Source of the DNA: Paraspadella gotoi
Taxonomy: Eukaryota > Animalia > Chaetognatha
DNA length: 64,000 bases
Assembly (NCBI GenBank): GCA_051294375.1
Contig: CM119265.1
Location: 16,560,005-16,624,004, forward strand
Reading direction: 5' to 3'
A program made the position numbers and the translations under genes. The stretch's first letter is position 1; each line of letters opens with the position of its first letter. The notes below the pieces were generated by a model that saw nothing but the letters and a program-made list of their open reading frames with translations, did no database searches and was not told where the DNA came from. Positions 1-11,995 of the stretch are shown here, piece by piece.

Positions 1-3000
1 AAAAGTTTGTCGTTGATGCTTTTCGCCAGAGTGTCGTAGTGACTTCCTAAATCGTTAGATAAAAAGCTACTATTTTACAATATGCTACAATATGTATATT
101 GTATAGTCCAAACCCGCACCTTCTCCGTGAACTTTGACGAAAGAGTAGGCCATGCCCGCCATGGGGTCGGCAGACCAGCGAGTCACGAGATGAGCGATGG
201 GGTCAGGGACATCGCAGAACATCCCACGCAAAACACCCAAGCATTTGGCGATGATTTCAGTTTCGGACATCGCCGCCATAGCGTCGACAGCATCCCCAGA
301 AACCCAAGACATAAGTACGAAAGGACCATCTTCTTTACTCTGTAATAATATTAGTCAGTAAAGACAGGACTTAAGTTAAAAGTCGGGCTACGTTAAAAAT
401 AGTCTCTTACTTCGTTCACTTTCGGCGAGAGATCGTAAAAAACACCAAACCAGCCGCGATCGCTCTCCGCGGAGGGGATGTGGCCGAAAAAGTCTGCCGA
501 CCCGACCTTATCCGCCCAGAAGTTTCGTTCAAACCTAAGCGCAACCTTTTCCAATCGGCCGGCGCCCAGTTTGTTAATAGCGTCGAGTTTTTCTTCAGGC
601 AGCGGCGGACAAAACTCCACGGCGCCGTCTTGCAATTGCCTTAACGGCAGCGTGACTACGACCTTGTCAGCATCAAAAGGACCGTCGGCCGTCGTAACAC
701 GTACGCCCTCCCCAGAGTAATCGACCGACACAACGCGAGCCCCGAATCGAATGTCCAGCCCGTCGGCCAGTTTTATGAGCAACGCCTGAAATCCGTCGAC
801 CAAGAGGCAGTGCTCGCCCGCAAACTGATCGTATTGATCGTTGTGATCCCAACTTCGGGCGCTAACGTGGCGGAGGTTCGATCCGCAGGCGTACTCTAAG
901 TTGGATACGTGAAATAAAAACGCTCGTTGTTCTTGTTCCGTTTCCTTATTGAGCGCCTTGCCCCATTCTTGCATCCTCAAATTAACAAAAAAAATTATTA
1001 AGCATGAAATAAAAATTATTTAAATGGAAGTTACTAATTCAAAACCTTTTTAACAAGCTTTCATCCTCGGCGACCGTCTTCCCTTTTCTCCATTTAGCCG
1101 AATCATCGAGAGCAGAGTTAAAGAGATTGTTGACGCCGTCGTCGACATTGTACTCTAAGAGCTCGCCATTTCGCGCGTCTATTAAATCGCATTTGGAAGA
1201 GTTCATTTCCCTGAGATGAAGACCGGATTGATGACACATAAGCGTCACCGGGTTGTTGACCACACCAACGACAATGTGAGCCCCCTGTCCCACTGGAACC
1301 CCGGTCGTGGAGGTGTCGTCCCAAACGCGTCCGCCGATGCGGTCGCGCCCCTCAATAACAACAACCTCGGAACCAAAGTTGTGAAGTTGGCGAGCGGCGG
1401 AGAGCCCAGAGGGTCCGGCCCCGATAACGACCACCTTGTATCGCCTGAACTTCGAGGGCAGAAACCCATCGTCGGGTTTCGGTAAAATTCCCACATTGAC
1501 GAAGCCTTTGATCGTTAGGAAGATTAGGATTTTTCGAGCCGCCTGGAGACAGTAGACGCGAACGAGACCGCGAACGATCACGTGTTTGGCAATTTCCGGC
1601 ATCGTTAACCACTTGCGAGGCGATAACGTCCACAACGCAACTATTGTGTTTCTCAAGCCAAGATATAAATACTGCGCACGTTCGTATTGGGAAAACGCTT
1701 CCAACTCCCACGGTTCCATGACGTCGGGTCGAATAGCTCGAGCCTTTTGAGATTCAAACGGTTGATAGAAGGGCTGAAGATTATGGTTAACGCCAACCGG
1801 CGTGATGGTAGTCGCCACGGCACCGCCCAAGTGCTTCGTAGGGGAAGTCTGAAGGTAAGGATGGGGAGATCGTTTCGAATCGCCAGATTTTTTAGCTTTT
1901 GATGCGGAGCGTCTTAATTTGGCGCTGGCAAAGCCTTTGGGCCGCTCCGTATCAGAAGGCGTCACCGTCGTCTCTTCGGGCATCGCGCCATTCGCAGAGT
2001 TTTCTTTTGGTGAGAGCGGCGCCGCAGGTTCGCGTCCGCTGACGAGGTTAGAATGCTTCTCGCGGTTCTCTTCGTCAGTGGACTTACATAATTCGCAAGA
2101 GGGGCTGAGTCCGACGCCATCTGGATAATACTCGTAGAGGAACAACGCCGCCGGGGATGACTTTAGCAAAGGTACCGCCGAGAGCGTGGAAAGCCATTTG
2201 CTGCCGCCAAGGTCCCCAAAGTCAGCCCGAATGTGATACGCACGAGAATCTTCGGGAATATCGCAGGCCTTGGTTGATCTTGTAACCGTTGTGCCCGTGT
2301 CGAAAATGACTCCGCATGTAAAGCGCGTCACGTAATCACGTGTAAGTTCAACGGCTCGACCGAGTTGGCGCCACTTTCCACACTCTGCGCGAGTGCATTC
2401 TACCCAAAATGGAAGAATCTGATCGGCGGCGAAGTTACGCATGGTCCCTTCGACGTAACGCGAATTGGCTTGCCAGTGGCGCTTCCATTGCATATACCGC
2501 GTTTTCCGTCCGATTCGGTGTCCTCCGCGATAGTAGACCTCGTAGCAGTCGTTGCAAAAATGCTCACCGGAAGATAAGTGATACCAGCGAGCAGTAAAGC
2601 TACCAGAAATAAAATTAATTAATTAAAATAATAAAAAAGTACGATTTGGCAACCATCATACCGGGAACTCGCGCAAGAAGGAGCCTCATTTGCGAAACAG
2701 ATTGGGACGTCCAGTGGGCAACCTTTTCGTTCGCAGGGTCTCGCTCCACTCTTATCTGCGAAAGGACTTTCGGCCCTGGGGTCCTTGGCAAGTTCGCTGC
2801 CCGGGGAAGTCCCAGCGTCCGTGGCAATGACTCGGCGTTTAATTGTGCGACCCGACCTTGACGACGCCGGCATCCATGGCGTCTTCGAAGGGCCGACCTC
2901 GGATTTTGTAGGCGCGGTAATGGATTTCGGTGGAATCGTCAGAATAGTTTTATCCGGCGGAACTTTAGCCGGTGACACCTCGGCGGGAGTCGATGGGGAC

Positions 3001-3236
3001 AAAACTTTTTTAGATTTCGTCCTCGATCTTTTCTTGGTCGAGACGACGGACGATGCTCGCCTCGCGTTTTGTGTGGGTCTCGCGAGATCAACCTCGGTTT
3101 CCGTTGTTAAAGTTACAAGTTTCCTTTTTTTCTTAGAGCTCAACTCGGCAACTTCTCCTCCCTTCTCCACTTCGGTGTCCGAAGGGTCCAACTTGAATGA
3201 CCCGTCGGTGGTTTCGCCATCATCCGAAACCGACAT
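1..3236 (-). CDS. KDM1B: Lysine-specific histone demethylase 1B (LSD2), multi-exon, 3' end runs off the window
   Basis: Spliced ORFs give a C4H2C2 zinc finger (CERKGC...RWYHLSSGEHFCNDC), zf-CW (WVECTRAECGKWRQL), SWIRM (YLGLRNTIVALW), FAD-binding VVVIGAGPSGLSAARQL...EGRDRIGGRV and amine-oxidase motifs (NLEYACG, VTRWSADP). Exons ~3236-2662, 2599-1046, 975-411, 339-120, 45-1, all GT-AG. Confidence 0.95.
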
Positions 3237-3573
3237 CGCCGGAAGAAAAACCTCTCACGCTCTCGCTCTCTCTCCTACTAAAAAGGAATGAAAATTTCGA
3301 AAAACTTTTGTTCTACTGTTTGGCCAACACCCGAGAAGAAAAGTATAAAGGGAGTGCATGATTTGTAACGCTAACTAAACTAGAAGTTTTCTAAAAAAAT
3401 ATTATAAAACAATTTTTAACTAAAAATAGTTTTCAAAATCAGGCACCACCCGTATTGTAACAGCAGTGTGACTAATGTAAAACGACTAAATAGAATCAAA
3501 AATTCCAATCGATAGAAATGGATCAAAACAATCTTTTTAAAAAAAATCACTTTTGAATCACAAAATAACAGAG

Positions 3574-6564
3574 TCAAATAGGAAAAGTGACTAGCGCCGG
3601 ATCGACCGTGGCCACAGTTCTCGTGCTTAGATCTTGGGCATCCATAGACTCTAAGTCTCCAATCTCGTCGGCGTATATGGCGTAAATAGCGTTTTGACTT
3701 CGCGTGCGTTCTGCCTCGCTGCGCATATCAATATACTTAGCCTCGTAGGAAGGGTGAATGCGACGCACGTGCTTCATACAGTTGCCCGCAAGGAACGACT
3801 CGTGCGGGCAGTAAGGACATCGGAATCGTTTTCGCCCCTTGACGCCTCCGTCGGTCGGATGCTCGCGCAGACGGTGTTCCTTGAGGGCTCCGGATGTGGC
3901 GAACTCGTGCGAACACTCGGGACAAACGTAAATGGGTTTGTCTTCGCTGTGGACGCGCTTGAAGTGGGCTTCCATGTGGCACTTGCGTTTGAAGAGCATA
4001 TTGCATTGTGGGCAGGGAAGAGATTTGACGAGGATGTGCTGAAACTTCTTGTGCTTGTTTACTTGCTCCCTGGTCGGTGCTTTATAGGCATGGCAAATGT
4101 CGCTAAAGAATAATTAAAATCGATTATTTAAAGAAGATAACGATTTATCCCGGGCATAAAATGTACCACTCGTAGAGAACGGCGCCTTCTAACAGCTTCT
4201 TGTGCTTCATGTACATGTGTACCGTGAATCTGCTTTTCCAAGGTGTCTTAAAGTCACAGTCGCCAAAATCGCAACGGAACACTCTCGAAGGATCAACGCC
4301 AATCCAGTGGGCATCCTTCTCGTGGATTTTGAGCAGAACGCTGTTTTTGAAACGTTTGCCACAAATTCCGCATAAGCGAGACTCCTTTTCCTGGAACGAC
4401 TTAGAACCGTGAACGTTTTTCATGTGATAAGATAACGAAGCGCTGTTTAACACTTTGCCGCATTGATCGCTGTCAAAATTTTTAAAAAATTTCAAAATTA
4501 GAAATAAGTAAAAAAAAAAATAAAGACAAAAATCGTTCGATGGAATTTCCCACTTACCAATTAACCATTGCCTTGACTCCCTCGTGGAGCTTTTTTCGAT
4601 GCACTTGCAGATCGGCCTTTCTCAAAAAAATGTGTCTGCATCCGAAAGCGTCGCAAGGATACGCGATGGTGGGACAGGCCATCTGGTGATGGTCGAGCAA
4701 ATGCCTGGCCGCGTGACGGTAAAAAACCATGTTAAACGACTGGGCCCTGGTTTTAAAATCTTTTTTGACCAACACGAAATCGCATCGTGGGCAAACGAAC
4801 TTCCCATATGGATCCAATGGGTTAGATACGTCCAGAAACAAGCACGGCTTCAAAACTGGATCCTGCGATAGCTTGCAAAAGGCGTTAGCTCGACCAAGAC
4901 AGTCAAGTTCCTCGTCTTCATCATCGTCGTCGTCGCAAAGGTCATCGTCAGTATCCTCGGTTCCCCCGTTTTGGATTTCTTGGTTTCCAGAGTTTCCGTT
5001 TTCCTTTCCCTCGCCGCTGCTCCGTAGCTCCGAATCCTCTACTCTGATCATACTGTGCATTCGGATGTGGTCGGTCATGGAGGCGGGAGAGACCGTGTCG
5101 CCGCAATCACCGCACGTGATTCGTCCGGAAACATCGAATTGAACCATCATTTCGTGATGTTGACTATTGACGTGATCGGCGACGTCTCTCTTTCTCACGC
5201 TTACGTAATTGCAGTGAATATCGAGACAGCGGTGGTACATTGTGGGGCAGAGGATCTGATGGGCTCGCAGGAGATGCTTGGCGCAGTGACGACGGAAAGT
5301 GCGAGCGGGTTTACCTCGGTACTGCGCGGCGAAATCGGACTTTGACAAGACGTACGCGCATCCTGGTTCAGCGCACACGAACTGGTCCCCGGAAACGCAG
5401 GGATCAAGGAAGGGATCGACTCCGCGGGTCAATTTGAATTCTCTAGATAATCTGTTGACGGCGGGACTTTTGGTGGGTGAATCTTTGGCATCACGAGTTT
5501 CTCCCCTGGGACGTTTACGAACTCCCTCGTCTATCTCTCGATAGCGCTTCTTTTTGCCCCGTACTTTAGGCCTCCCTCGCTTGCCAATGTTCACGGGCTT
5601 GGAAGCGCGATCGAGACCCATGAGTTCGAACTCGCAAGTTTTACGCATCAATGACATTCGATGCGGAGAATCAAAACGGAAGGCATCTTCGGTCCACTCG
5701 TCAAAAGCTTCAGTTTTGACGACGGGTTCCACGGAAACGATTAGTTCTTCACCGACGATCGTAACGGGATTAGCGGGGGTCGATTCCGAAAGCGAATCCT
5801 GACCCTCCACCAACGGGGCAAAATCAACCGCATGATTTGGAGTGGAGCTTATCGATTCCCGAAGTGACTCTGGCAGCCAACGAAAGGCGAAAAAGTCTAC
5901 GAGCTCGTTGACGCTGAGCACAGCGGACGTGGTAGCTACGGCGGTTGCCAAGTCGGTCGTAAGAGGCTTCTGGTCCAACTCTTCGTCTTCGCCATACATC
6001 CACGACAAAACGAATTGCAGAGAGTCTTCACAAACGTCAGCCGGAAGAAAAACATGATGGGTCCCGTTGACATCAGCCGACAAAGAAGTTAATGCTGAGA
6101 AACGAAAAAAATAACCGAGAGAACTAAAGACGCATTAATTTAATCTACAGAAGCTTGTTGAATGAAATAAAAAGCCTAGGCAACTTTAGAATAATTAATT
6201 ATTATAAATTCTAAAGAAAATTAGATTTTTAAATATTTTCTTTGCTTCCTACTAAAAAAAAAGCTTTAAAAGCTAGAATTTTTTTTAGCGACTTACTTTC
6301 AAAAAAGTAAGGGCTGCAGGCGGCCAGAACCACTTTGTGAGCAAAAAGTGGAGGAGGAGGCGGATCGCCCGGTTCGCCCACAGGTTGCCCTGCCGACCAA
6401 CCTCTTGATGAAAAGTGAAGGGCTACATCGCAGAAAAGGCCGTTGACGCGAAAGTTACGAAGCGCCTTTCCGATCGACGGGGGGTCAGGGACCCAAGGGG
6501 GGACGCGACCCTCGGGAAAAGAGTTCCTTGCCCCGGGGGAGTCAAGGGCAGGGAGTTCAGTCAT
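3574..6564 (-). CDS. BTB/POZ plus multiple C2H2 zinc-finger protein, 4 exons
   Basis: BTB motifs GLFCDVAL...FAHKVVLAACSPYF and FVLSWMYG, then many CxxC...HxxxH fingers. Exons ~6564-6297, 6084-4558, 4469-4167, 4102-3574. Junctions rebuild VNCDQC and YECDIC in frame. Confidence 0.9.
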
Positions 6565-6957
6565 CCCCGACTGGTCCGCCTCGCTACCATACTAAAACAA
6601 TTTAGAAACAACAGGGACAAAACAGGAATTACAAAATGACCAAAAGTATTAAAAAAAATTGCTAAGAAAATCATTGTAGAACAGAACGAAAACAATGGAA
6701 AAATGATATGCCTTTGTTACTTTAGTTATGATTTGAGCAACTTCTTTAAATGCCTGAATAAACTTTATTATATTACCTAATAGATAGATAAATTTCTGAG
6801 TCGGTATAACATCAAAATCTCAGCAAAAACTCGGCAAAGAAAAATAAAAGCAATAATTAAACACTAGTGTTAAAAATAACTAACTAGAAATTAAAAATCT
6901 AAATGGGACCTTAAAGGTACCCAGCAAATTTGACTAGCGAAAATAACATTTTAAAAA

Positions 6958-7677
6958 CTATTGGCGACGCCTTGAAAAACATAAAATATTGGTCCATAAA
7001 AAGGCAGCCAATCCAAGATAGGCAACGCGATAATGCGGAGGGACCAACTTAAAATTAACTATTTGCGCTAGAGGCCAAAAGAGACAGCCGGTGAGATAAA
7101 TCGAGACAAACTTCTTTCTCATAAGGGATTCCTCTCCCGTCAAGTCCGACGCTCCTTCGAAGGCGGGCACCGCAATCAAAAAGAGAGCGGTGACAGAGCT
7201 GGAGGCCACAGCCTGATCAAGCACCACCTTCTTGACGACTGTCAGCGGGGCTGCGCCAACGAAGAAAGAGTCCAGCACGCGGTACCAGGCGTGAAAGAAA
7301 GGAGCTGCGCCCGTGGCACCAAATAAGGCAACGTTAGTAATATCGTCAACAACGAAGGAAGCGCCATCTTCCCTTCCGCTCCGTCGTCGAAACAATTGTT
7401 GAGATATTTCCGCTGCTCCGTATAAAATTCCGATATAAGCCATATCCTTGGAAAGTGACTTTGATTCAAATATTTTTTTGAAACTCTTCAGTCTGTACGC
7501 TCTGTATGAAACAATGGTGACAGCGATACCGCTGGCGACCCCTGCGACGGTTTTAGTAATGAGGGATCGTCGATTGTCGACGATGAGGAGATTTTCTACT
7601 TTTTCTATAAGGAACGAGTCTTCAGTCTCCTTCTGCACCAAGTTGGGCAGCGCGACCAACGAAGACTGTTCCTCCAT
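6958..7677 (-). CDS. Mpv17/PMP22 family membrane protein, intronless
   Basis: Motifs WYRVLD, VVKKVVLDQ, FWPLAQIVNFKLVPPHYRV. Confidence 0.9.
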   Translation of the reverse strand: MEEQSSLVALPNLVQKETEDSFLIEKVENLLIVDNRRSLITKTVAGVASGIAVTIVSYRAYRLKSFKKIFESKSLSKDMAYIGILYGAAEISQQLFRRRSGREDGASFVVDDITNVALFGATGAAPFFHAWYRVLDSFFVGAAPLTVVKKVVLDQAVASSSVTALFLIAVPAFEGASDLTGEESLMRKKFVSIYLTGCLFWPLAQIVNFKLVPPHYRVAYLGLAAFLWTNILCFSRRRQ

Positions 7678-7778
7678 GCTGCCAATCCAAGCTTATGGTA
7701 CTGTCAACAATAATCAACATAAAACCACTTTCTTAAAATCGTCTAAATACAAACAAAACAAATGTATAAAATTATTCG

Positions 7779-8306
7779 CTATTCTCCAGTGTTTTCACTA
7801 CTGAAATCCGTCCTTTTAAACTTTTTTAACACGAGGTTGGGCAATTCCTTTACTTTTCCGTTCCATGACTTGAGTGCCTTAAACCCCGCCGCGTGCAACA
7901 CGTCCGGCAACTCGATCCCCGCGCCCTCGAATTCTTCCTTCTCCTGACCCAAAGTCATAGCAATGGCGTCTTGGCGCGCCGCGTTTTGACGTCCGTGACG
8001 CTTTGGAATCGATTGGATGAGGGCGATTTGCTCCATTTCCGAGTCGAAGCGGGAGAAGTAGGCGTCAATGACTCGAAGCATCTGCTGTTTGTTCAGTTTC
8101 TCGTCCTCGAGGAATAGTTCATTTAGTCTTTCTTTGAAAAACATCATCTTGGAAGCCTTGTTCTCCAGGCGAGCTAGTTTTATATCTTGAACTTTCTTCA
8201 CTTTATCGTGGTGCGCTTGGTAGTGAGATAAGTGTTTCGCCTTTCGACTGTTTGGATGAATATAGGCTTTGTCATTGCCCACCTTTTTTCCTTTTGTCTT
8301 GCCCAT
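7779..8306 (-). CDS. TMA16: Translation machinery-associated protein 16, intronless
   Basis: IHPNSRKA motif, YFSRFDSEMEQI, EKEEFEGAGIELPD and WNG motifs. ATG taken at 8306. Confidence 0.9.
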   Translation of the reverse strand: MGKTKGKKVGNDKAYIHPNSRKAKHLSHYQAHHDKVKKVQDIKLARLENKASKMMFFKERLNELFLEDEKLNKQQMLRVIDAYFSRFDSEMEQIALIQSIPKRHGRQNAARQDAIAMTLGQEKEEFEGAGIELPDVLHAAGFKALKSWNGKVKELPNLVLKKFKRTDFSSENTGE

Positions 8307-8334
8307 TTTACATATGTATGAAATTGGTATATAA

Positions 8335-8362
8335 CTGAACAAAAAAGAAAAAAAACCAAGAT
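8335..8362 (-). promoter_or_regulatory. Candidate trans-splice acceptor before TMA16
   Basis: tcttggttttttttcttttttgttcAG, 28 nt before the ATG. Confidence 0.6.
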
Positions 8363-8594
8363 AAATATGACGAGAATAATGACCTAATTTTAAGGTTTAT
8401 TTTAAAGATAAAACATGAGCTACTATAAATATCACAGAAAGACAAAGAAAAAAAGAATATTCGCCATACTGTCATGACCAAACCAGTTGAATTATTGCGA
8501 TCTAATCCCCATTTAAAGTTAAATCCAAAACCTGAGCAGTTTTATCAGATTCATTAATAACTCGCCTCGACGGTCCATAATCTAAAAAATGTCT

Positions 8595-9248
8595 TCACTG
8601 CGGTGGCTCAACCGGATACTGTCCTCCCCAAACGGCTACCATTCCGTTGTTGGGTCCGACAAAAAACTTGTCCGATTCTATATACTTCTTGATTGTAGGC
8701 AGCTCTTTGAATCTTTGATGGTAGGCATTGATGTTCGGCAAGGGATCCAAATAGCCCGGTTTAAAAAGCAACAGCTGATCCAACATCTCCCAGAATATAA
8801 AGTCGGCCCAAGTGAGAGACGCTCCAGCAAGAAACTCTTTACCCTCCAAGAACTTTTCCATCGGCGTAAGGAATTTGGTCAGGTTTTCTCGAAACTGGGA
8901 AAAGGGGTAAGGCTCACCGCCGCCGTAACAAATTTTGAGGAAGGCGCGACGAAGGTCGACAACTTGTTCAGCGGCCATATCGCAGAGATTCTGTTCCAGC
9001 TCGGTCTTCCCCATCAGCCCATACTTGCGAGCCAAGTGGCGCAAAATAGCGTTGCTCTGCGTCAGTTTCAGATCGCCGTCGACGTAGTAGGGCAAATTCG
9101 GAAAATCTAAACCGAGGTTGAACTTTTCTCCAGACCACTCGTCCCATTTATCGTAAAACTTCTCATCCATATTTTCTTCGACATAGCCCATAAGGAGGCG
9201 GATTGGCTGGGCCAAGCCTCGTATTTTCCAATAACCCAAAAGCGGCAT
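8595..9248 (-). CDS. Mu-class glutathione S-transferase, intronless
   Basis: LGYWKIRGLAQPIRLL, KFNLGLDFPNLPYYVDGD, LTQSNAILRHLARK. Confidence 0.95.
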   Translation of the reverse strand: MPLLGYWKIRGLAQPIRLLMGYVEENMDEKFYDKWDEWSGEKFNLGLDFPNLPYYVDGDLKLTQSNAILRHLARKYGLMGKTELEQNLCDMAAEQVVDLRRAFLKICYGGGEPYPFSQFRENLTKFLTPMEKFLEGKEFLAGASLTWADFIFWEMLDQLLLFKPGYLDPLPNINAYHQRFKELPTIKKYIESDKFFVGPNNGMVAVWGGQYPVEPPQ

Positions 9249-9402
9249 CGCTGCGATTCTAAATTCTTAAATTGATTATGGAAGGCGATAAAACATGTAA
9301 AATATAATCATATATAGCCATAAAGGCTTATAGCCAACAAGACAATAGTTAGGTAAAACACGGGAATAAAAAAAAATTAAAAGGATGAAAAAGTGGTAAT
9401 AA

Positions 9403-10739
9403 CTAGTTTTTCCATCTCCCACCAAATAGTGTAGTTTTTCGTCTGTCATAGGCGACTTTTTTCGTTGCGCTTGGGGAGGAACACTGCAAAGCAGATTCTA
9501 ATTGCGAGCAAAGCAAATCGACCTCCTCTTCGCTGAGGACGGGAGACATTTCGGGCAAAGAGTCTTTCGAGTAAGAAGATCGTGTCCGGCGACTTTTTGG
9601 GGCTCCAAGCACCAAGCCATCGGGAAATAACTAACCGATAAAAAAAAAAAAAAAAACGGGGGTTGATAAATGTGTTAAACTTAAAGGTATGTAATACAAA
9701 TATCGCAACTTCTGAGGCGATATTTATAGTAATTCAAGTGCAAGAAAGGATAATAAAAGATATGAGGATAGGGAAATAAATAAAGTTCGGAAACAAGGAA
9801 GAATGAGGTCTGAGATTAAAAAAAAATCTTAAACAATCTGTAATTNNNNNNNNNNAGAGAGAGTATAAATTGTAATTATGGGAAAAAATCACCTTTTGAG
9901 CGACGTTAATCCCTCCGCTGAGTAAAAAGACATTTTCGTAACCTCGCTCCACAAGAATGGTGGCGGCCCTGGGAGCTAAAGACTCGTCTTCGTCGTACAC
10001 GACGACGATCTTCCCGTCGAGGTTTCGGAATGATCGAAGTTCCGGCGTTTCAAAGCGCGTGGCGCGGGAAAGACGCGAGCGAGGAAAGTTTTTGGCCGTC
10101 CGGATGTGACAGACTTGATATTCGTCCGCCTCGCGAACGTCGAGCAGAAGATAAGGAAGGGCGAGGTGATTTTCGGTATTTTCCTTGTCGGCGTCGTCCG
10201 TGTCGCTCAATATCTGGGAGACGCTCATTTCTCCGCTCCCTAACGCGAAGCTCACGAAGCTCGACTGCGAGGTCGTAGAATTCATAGAGACGGCCGACCT
10301 AGGTCGAGCCGAGGAGGCAGACCTGGGCCGCGTATCCGATATCGCGGCCCGATTTAACGGTGAAGACGCTGCCTGAGCCGATCCGTCGAGCTCATCAACC
10401 GCCGGGGGTTCTGACGAGGTCACCGACTTCGAGTTGACTTCCCTGTCCACCTGAGATACTTGAATCATGATCTCGACCATGGTTGAAATTCGTATTCGCT
10501 TGAACAATTCTCCTTTTTTGTATTTGTAATTCGATTTCAATTCGTTAAGTTTGTCCTTATATCTGAAAGGGATCAAATTTAAAAAATTCAAAAACATAAC
10601 CATGGGAGGATGCAACTGTTAGGATTTACCTTGTCATACTCGAACCAGTATCGACAGTTGCCTTCACGTGGTCATACTTTGGATTCCGAGGAACCTTACG
10701 GTTGAAACCAGCTTGAAAGGAAGGGGCTCGGAAAGCCAT
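9403..10739 (-). CDS. CEP41: Centrosomal protein of 41 kDa (rhodanese-like domain), 3 exons
   Basis: Exon 1 gives KVPRNPKYDHVKATVDTGSSMT. Exon 2 gives YKYKKGELFKRI, PYLLLDVR, IVVVYDEDE, ERGYENVFLLSGG. Exons ~10739-10630, 10563-9893, 9630-9403. Confidence 0.93.
9846..9855. other. Assembly gap (10 N) inside a CEP41 intron
   Basis: Run of n in the sequence. Confidence 1.
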
Positions 10740-10926
10740 GACTTCACTTTATAATCTGATTAGAAAAGTCACGGATGATTAATGATGGATGTACAAATGA
10801 GGAATGATTAATAAATAAGAATGCATTTAATTATCGAAGCTCATGAACTCATGATAGAAAGTATTTAGTGTCCGATTATCTAGCAAACAGAAATTGACTA
10901 ATGGGAAGGAGCTAATCCTAAGCGTT

Positions 10927-11502
10927 TTATTCGTCCTCTTCAACATTAAATCGTCCATAGATTTCTTTTACAGTAACTTGTTCCATTTCTGCGATTCGCG
11001 CAAAAAAGTTTCTACTGGTTTCCATGATCATCTCGTAATCATCCCGCTCGTTTCGACGAGTCTGGCGCTTTCCAACTTTTCGCTCGGGAGACCGGGTGGC
11101 AAGCTTGGCATCGATTTGAGCCCGAAGGCGACGAAGGCTCGCTAATTCTTCACCGATACGTTCGCCGTCGACGTGGTGTAACTTTTCAGCCCAAGAATCG
11201 GTCGACGCGGGAATAGAGGACGGACTCTCGCTAGTCATTCGGAGAAGCGACTTCAGTTCAGCGATCTTGTCCGCGTTTTGCGCTTCCAGGTCGGCGATGA
11301 CGGAGAGGTGGTCCGAGACGGGTGGAGCCAAAGAAACGTCGATACTTCGTTTCCGCACGGGGCGGCCGACCCCGAGAATTGCGGATTCAGGACGGAAAGC
11401 TTCGTGGTTTTCAACTGTCCCATTATCCTTGGGATTCTTTTCGGGAGTTAGTATTAATTCTTCTCGAGCTTTGATGACGGACGGGCAGTGCGATCGCCTC
11501 AT
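10927..11502 (-). CDS. SWI5: SWI5/Sae3-like DNA-repair protein with an N-terminal extension, intronless
   Basis: C-terminus DDYEMIMETSRNFFARIAEMEQVTVKEIYGRFNVEEDE matches the recalled Swi5 pattern Y-x2-I-x8-(G/A)(K/R)(L/I)A-x4-VTxKE(L/I)Y-x2-F-x-(L/V), preceded by a coiled coil. Confidence 0.7.
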   Translation of the reverse strand: MRRSHCPSVIKAREELILTPEKNPKDNGTVENHEAFRPESAILGVGRPVRKRSIDVSLAPPVSDHLSVIADLEAQNADKIAELKSLLRMTSESPSSIPASTDSWAEKLHHVDGERIGEELASLRRLRAQIDAKLATRSPERKVGKRQTRRNERDDYEMIMETSRNFFARIAEMEQVTVKEIYGRFNVEEDE

Positions 11503-11995
11503 AGTTAAATATATTTTTTTATCTGGGAAATAAAAGGCAGTAAAAATCTACGCGATGAATAGGAATGCTTCATTATTCTAATGTAAATTTGTTGAAAGCT
11601 TTTGAAATTAATCACGGAACGATTATCCGCAGATCGTTAAACATAATCAAAAATATCTTATTTGACATATCAAAATACAAACGAAACTACGACAAAAATC
11701 AAAACAAAATGTGGGAAGAGTTAGTTATTATAAAGTATTATAAAATATTAGGCTAAATAATGGAGATTGTAGAAGTACTTAAAACTTTTTTATTTAAAAA
11801 CAAAATATTCAAAAAATGCTACTCAATAAAAAAAGAAAATCAAATAAAAAATCTCTTTGGAATAATACTGACTACAATTCTATAACACTAAGCGCGTCAT
11901 ACAAAGGAAGCAGGAAAAACAACACAGCCATGTTACAAATTCAAAATAAAAAAAAATAAAAAAAACCAAAAAAAAACAAAACAATGGTCATCGAG

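Noticed and set aside
8589-9110. Long plus-strand ORFs opposite real genes (also 2785-3291, 12029-12511, 18755-19384, 33954-34535, 56734-57468)
   Set aside because: Antisense shadows of GC-rich coding sequence with no recognisable motifs.
9734-10615. Hydrophobic ORF ends as signal or TM segments (also 52293-52360, 35232-35261, 61831-61930)
   Set aside because: They are read-through into T-rich introns beyond clear splice sites.
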